Origin: a virus
Reading direction: 5' to 3' (one strand)
UHGV virus genome: UHGV-0294568
Length of the DNA stretch: 12,356 bases
Shown: one piece after another, positions 9,528 through 12,356 of the stretch
Layout of the letters: each line of letters begins with the position of its first letter
How positions within the stretch are numbered: position 1 is the first letter of the stretch
Notes under the pieces: generated by a model
What the model was told of the DNA's origin: nothing
The model's input: only the letters and a program-made list of their open reading frames with translations
Databases searched by the model: none
Position numbers and translations under genes: made by a program

Positions 9528-9710
9528 TATCCTTCAAGCTCTGAAGGAGGCTGTTCCCGGTACGTTCAGACTGTTGTTGAGCTGGAGATCGCAACGGAGG
9601 AAGAAACCTCATTGCTGGAAGCCTGGAAAAAGTATCGGGTGTTGCTGAACCGTGTTGATACATCAACTGCACCTGATATTGAGTGGCCTGCGGTCCCTGT
9701 TATGGAGTAA
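9528..9710 (+). pseudogene. tfa: 3' remnant of a tail fibre assembly gene, in frame immediately after the stf stop codon, with no start codon of its own
   Basis: The 60 codons after the stf TGA (9525-9527) read [60 protein letters not shown], ending at TAA 9708-9710. The [26 protein letters not shown] tail matches what I recall of enterobacterial Tfa C-termini. Confidence 0.5.
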
Positions 9711-9724
9711 TCGTTTTGTGATAT

Positions 9725-9758
9725 GCCGCAGCAACTTGTCATGGCAGGATACTGCGGC
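9725..9758. other. Inverted repeat (7-bp stem, 21-nt loop) downstream of the tfa remnant; weak terminator candidate
   Basis: GCCGCAG (9725-9731) and CTGCGGC (9752-9758). The loop contains GGCAGGATA. The downstream sequence TGATTTGTGAATTT is only moderately T-rich. Confidence 0.3.
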
Positions 9759-9893
9759 TGATTTGTGAATTTAAATAGTGTGTTTATTGCTTTATATATA
9801 AAGGATTTAATGGATTACATATCTATGATATCCCTGAAATGTCCTCTTCAAGCTCTTTTACTGATTTCGCAATTTTAAATTTAAATTTTCTCT

Positions 9894-11192
9894 CTATTTC
9901 ACTATTGCTAAGTTTTTTTCATTCTCTTTCCCTATCCACATAGAAACAATTTCTCGTTTCTGAGATATATGTAGATTGTCAAAGTTAGGTATGTATTTAA
10001 AAGTCTCCGCTCTACCCCTGCGGAGTTCATAGAAAGTTTTAATCAAAGACTTTGGTTTTATTTCTGATGAAAGGCCGAATCGGCGGATAAGATTATTGAT
10101 CGTATGATTAACAGCTCGAAGTTGAGCTGTTGACGTTATTTGTGAGAAGTACGATACCCATCCCAATCGTTTACCTTCAAACACACATCCCGTAATTCTA
10201 AGATTTAGTTTCCACTGACAATATGCAACAGCTCGTTCTTTATCGCGCTTATTTTTAGCTTGTAGTAGAGCGTGTCTATATGCAGTAAAAATTTTTGCTA
10301 AGGATGACTCAAATCTAAGAATGCTCTCATGTTTTATCAATAATTCTCGATTTTTTATGTGGTAGCCCAAAAAGTTGAAACTTTCATCCAAGCTGCCTAC
10401 TTTGGATTTTGAGTTCTCTTCATTTAATGGATGTGGGTTTAAATTTAATGATTGAAGCTTATCAATGATATGAGAAGCTATTTTTGTTGCTTGATATTTT
10501 GGTGTTAAAATAAGAATGTCATCAACGTATCGCATGTACCATATGTCATGCATTTTATTGATTTCATCATCGAAATTAGATAGTGATATTTCAGCTAAAA
10601 TGTTTGATATCGCTAATCCCTGAGGTACTCCTCTGGTATTATTAGGGATACCTTTGCTTCCTGTGGTTCCACTTACAGTAGGCACGATTAATGATGATGT
10701 TATTAACTGTCTAATTTCTTTTTTTCTAATTTTATTTTTTATTGCATTAATTATCAATTTATGTTCAATTGAAGGATAGAAACTTTTAAGATCTATTTTT
10801 GCATATTCAGCATATAGACTGTTGTTTAATGCTTCTTTCAATGAGTCAATTACTGTATGTGGTAGTTTTAATCTGGACTTAGGATATATTTCCGTAAGGC
10901 ATTCACAGAGAGCTCTAAGAGTAATTCTGTCCCTAGCAGTTGGTATGGAAATCTGTCTGGGTGTAGAGTTAGCGCCTTTAGATATTAATTTTTCTTTATA
11001 TGCTGTAAATTTGTAATTGCCAGAATTAACCTTTTCAAAAATGAAAGTGATCTCATTTTTTATTGTCAAATCAAGTTTTGATGGGCGAATCCGATCTATG
11101 CCAATCGCTCCTGATTCTTTGATTTTTTCAGAGTATACTTTTAGAAGATTTTTTTTCGAGAATGACTTTTTAAAAATTCTGCTTGCAGTCAT
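9894..11192 (-). CDS. Reverse transcriptase, compact single-domain type (fingers-palm-thumb), family unassigned
   Basis: RT motifs are readable in order: GIDRI; RQISIPTARDRITLRAL; IDLKSFYPSIEH; GVPQGLAISNILAE; YMRYVDDILIL; FNFLGYHI; and a thumb-like RLGWVSYF. The track start at 11198 is TTG; the first ATG is at 11192. The 5' end overlaps the upstream membrane-protein gene by 23 nt. Sampled lines are about 22-33% GC, against about 57% in one J line. Confidence 0.85.
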   Translation of the reverse strand: MTASRIFKKSFSKKNLLKVYSEKIKESGAIGIDRIRPSKLDLTIKNEITFIFEKVNSGNYKFTAYKEKLISKGANSTPRQISIPTARDRITLRALCECLTEIYPKSRLKLPHTVIDSLKEALNNSLYAEYAKIDLKSFYPSIEHKLIINAIKNKIRKKEIRQLITSSLIVPTVSGTTGSKGIPNNTRGVPQGLAISNILAEISLSNFDDEINKMHDIWYMRYVDDILILTPKYQATKIASHIIDKLQSLNLNPHPLNEENSKSKVGSLDESFNFLGYHIKNRELLIKHESILRFESSLAKIFTAYRHALLQAKNKRDKERAVAYCQWKLNLRITGCVFEGKRLGWVSYFSQITSTAQLRAVNHTINNLIRRFGLSSEIKPKSLIKTFYELRRGRAETFKYIPNFDNLHISQKREIVSMWIGKENEKNLAIVK

Positions 11193-11721
11193 AGTCAATC
11201 CAAAGATATATTAATGGGAGTATATAAAGTGCGGCAGTAATAAATATTCGAAGTAATATCCATAAAATAACAATTATTTTTTCTTTTTGTGTGGGGATCC
11301 TCGTCTTAAGTCCAACTTGAGTTACCCTTGAAATTTTATCATCTATGTCACGGTGATTCTCAACCTCATTGAGCAAATTAAAATATTTTTCTTTCTGTTC
11401 AAGAGATAACTGTTGACTGGTGGTAATGTCAAAATAGAGTCGCTGTAGTGCAATATAATTCCTTCTCATGGCTATTGCTCGACCACGAAAATCTAGGTTA
11501 GATACGATCAGAGAAATACCCAGTAGAGCCACTGAAAGTATCGCCGCAACGACATCTGTATTATCTCCTAGAACCTTTGGAAATCGCAACGTTACAATTG
11601 AAAGTACCGCACTCAATATAGCATACCAAACGAGGATAAATTGAGAGTGTTTTTCAAGCCATTCTAGTCGATGGTGCGCTTGGATACGTGCTTTATATGT
11701 AAACCAAATATTGTCATGCAT
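11170..11721 (-). CDS. Multi-pass membrane protein (2TM N-terminal module plus long C-terminal hydrophobic segment), candidate effector partner of the RT
   Basis: The 183-aa product has hydrophobic segments at about residues 27-45 (FILVWYAILSAVLSIVTL), 56-74 (VVAAILSVALLGISLIVS) and 148-175 (IIVILWILLRIFITAALYILPLIYLWI), with a basic helix between. AAGGA lies about 6 nt upstream of the ATG. It shares AT-richness and strand with the RT. Confidence 0.55.
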   Translation of the reverse strand: MHDNIWFTYKARIQAHHRLEWLEKHSQFILVWYAILSAVLSIVTLRFPKVLGDNTDVVAAILSVALLGISLIVSNLDFRGRAIAMRRNYIALQRLYFDITTSQQLSLEQKEKYFNLLNEVENHRDIDDKISRVTQVGLKTRIPTQKEKIIVILWILLRIFITAALYILPLIYLWIDYDCKQNF

Positions 11722-11743
11722 AAAAGATCCTTTTTAAAAGCGG

Positions 11744-11873
11744 AAGGGGCAGGATATATTGGAACCGTTGAACATCCTGCCCGGCAGGATCAGTGAGCAT
11801 AAGCTCAACAGTAAAATATTACTGTTCATTATCAGAGCCGCCCTTGCATGCGCAAGAGGAAAAACCTGCCCCA
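11744..11873 (-). ncRNA. Candidate structured non-coding leader RNA upstream of the membrane-protein/RT genes (hypothetical)
   Basis: On the - strand, GGGGCAGG near the 5' end (complement of 11865-11872) and CCTGCCCC near the 3' end (complement of 11746-11753) bracket about 110 nt. Inside are the hairpins CTTGC-GCAT-GCAAG and AACAGTAA-TATT-TTACTGTT and the 17-bp palindrome. No ORF is present. No folding or homology search was done. Confidence 0.2.
11774..11790. promoter_or_regulatory. Perfect 17-bp palindrome ATCCTGCC-C-GGCAGGAT in the leader of the membrane-protein/RT operon
   Basis: Read directly: 11774-11781 ATCCTGCC, 11782 C, 11783-11790 GGCAGGAT. A third copy of GGCAGGAT at 11748-11755 can pair with 11774-11781 across an 18-nt loop. 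Confidence 0.3.
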
Positions 11874-11880
11874 TCCCTTT

Positions 11881-11912
11881 GAATTATTACAATTTAATGA
11901 TCTTAAAGTCAA
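11881..11912 (-). promoter_or_regulatory. Putative sigma70-like promoter for the leader/membrane-protein/RT transcript
   Basis: The - strand reads TTGACT (complement of 11907-11912), a 15-17 nt spacer, then TGTAAT/TAATAA (complement of about 11884-11892). Only a pattern match. Confidence 0.25.
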
Positions 11913-11943
11913 TACAAGTGAATGGTGTCCAGAGATGATGAAC

Positions 11944-12192
11944 TTAATGAACAAACCACTCGTCAGCAGACTCCCAGGTATCTTTCAGAGTCTCCTGAAC
12001 AAAAGTTTTAGCTGAATCTTTATCAGCGGTGCGCGTAACAGAAAGGCCATCGTTGCTGGTGGCTTTTACGATCACTTCTACATCGTCATAACGTTTACTG
12101 ATGCGTCGGGTTAATTCTTCCTTTAACGCATCCACAGCACCGGTTGGCATTTTAGTCATTTTTTCTTTGGCTATGCAGATTTCAATACGCAT
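11944..12192 (-). CDS. dinI: DinI-like protein (DinI family, RecA/SOS modulator)
   Basis: The 82-aa product [35 protein letters not shown] ... LSV ... [17 protein letters not shown] matches the DinI pattern as I recall it (MRIE..IAK...P.GA.DAL..EL.RRI ... TWESAD.WF). GGGGA lies about 7 nt upstream of the ATG. Confidence 0.75.
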   Translation of the reverse strand: MRIEICIAKEKMTKMPTGAVDALKEELTRRISKRYDDVEVIVKATSNDGLSVTRTADKDSAKTFVQETLKDTWESADEWFVH

Positions 12193-12285
12193 AAAAGTCC
12201 CCTACACTGTATTTGTATGGGTCTTCCCTTGTTGTGGTGGCTGAAGGCATGATAATGGTGTATTTAATCGCCAGAGGTCACCGCC

Positions 12286-12356
12286 ATGGACGAAAAGTCC
12301 CTCTACGCTCATATTCTCAACCTGTCCGATCCGTGGCAGGTAAAGTCCCTTTCTCT
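12286..12356 (+). CDS. 5' end of an ORF truncated by the window edge; possibly an ISL3-like transposase N-terminus (tentative)
   Basis: ATG at 12286 with AGAGGT 8 nt upstream; translation MDEKSLYAHILNLSDPWQVKSLSL. The hL.L.DpW.V pattern resembles N-termini of ISL3-family transposases as I recall them, but 23 residues is too short to be sure. Confidence 0.3.
   Translation, partial: MDEKSLYAHILNLSDPWQVKSLS

Noticed and set aside
9457-9672. ORF of 71 aa on the - strand across the stf 3' end and the tfa remnant
   Set aside because: It is antisense to the stf C-terminus and to the Tfa-like frame, with no motifs.
9771-9893. Very AT-rich stretch with short tandem TAAATTT-like repeats downstream of the RT stop
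   Set aside because: It was noted as a possible regulatory or repeat element, but it is short and consistent with the general AT-richness of the acquired cassette. No inverted repeats or ORF support a specific feature.
9711-11198. Group II intron (RT as intron-encoded protein)
   Set aside because: There is no maturase or endonuclease extension and no recognisable domain V-like hairpin downstream of the RT. The RT is translationally coupled to an upstream membrane-protein gene rather than embedded in intron RNA.
10822-11214. Two + strand ORFs (64 and 65 aa) antisense to the RT gene
   Set aside because: They lie inside the RT coding region on the opposite strand. The RT frame carries the full set of ordered RT motifs, so these are by-products of AT-rich sequence.
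9528-11943. Diversity-generating retroelement (DGR) targeting the adjacent tail fibre
   Set aside because: An RT next to a tail fibre gene suggested a DGR, but I could not find a template/variable repeat pair or an Avd-like small basic protein. The RT motif 4 is QGLAISN rather than the Q-ending variant I recall for DGR RTs. The stf C-terminus is a chaperone domain rather than a C-type-lectin fold, and the RT is on the opposite strand. A computed repeat search is still needed to exclude it fully.
12193-12285. LexA (SOS) box upstream of the dinI-like gene
   Set aside because: Only a CTGTAT half-site is present near 12206-12211, with no ACAG partner at the correct spacing, so it was not called as a feature.
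1-12356. CRISPR array, tRNA or rRNA genes
   Set aside because: No regularly spaced direct repeats, cloverleaf-like tRNA sequences or rRNA-like regions were seen on reading the window.

Overview
This window is the right-hand tail end of a lambda-like enterobacterial prophage followed by a candidate reverse-transcriptase defence cassette. The + strand carries a 5'-truncated tail assembly gene K, gene I, an inserted AT-rich lipoprotein moron, host-specificity gene J, lom, and a mosaic side tail fibre gene stf followed by an in-frame tfa 3' remnant. The main candidate for an undescribed system lies downstream on the - strand (9894..11721): a sharply AT-rich two-gene cassette encoding a multi-pass membrane protein whose 3' end overlaps a compact reverse transcriptase with a YVDD active site. 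It is preceded by a more GC-rich, palindrome- and inverted-repeat-rich non-coding leader. I read this as a retron-like or UG/Abi-like RT defence module carried as prophage cargo, but the RT family is not assigned. A dinI-like gene and the start of a possible transposase-like ORF follow. All calls come from reading the sequence and the ORF track against recalled family features; no database search or folding was run, and GC values are hand counts over a few 60-nt lines.
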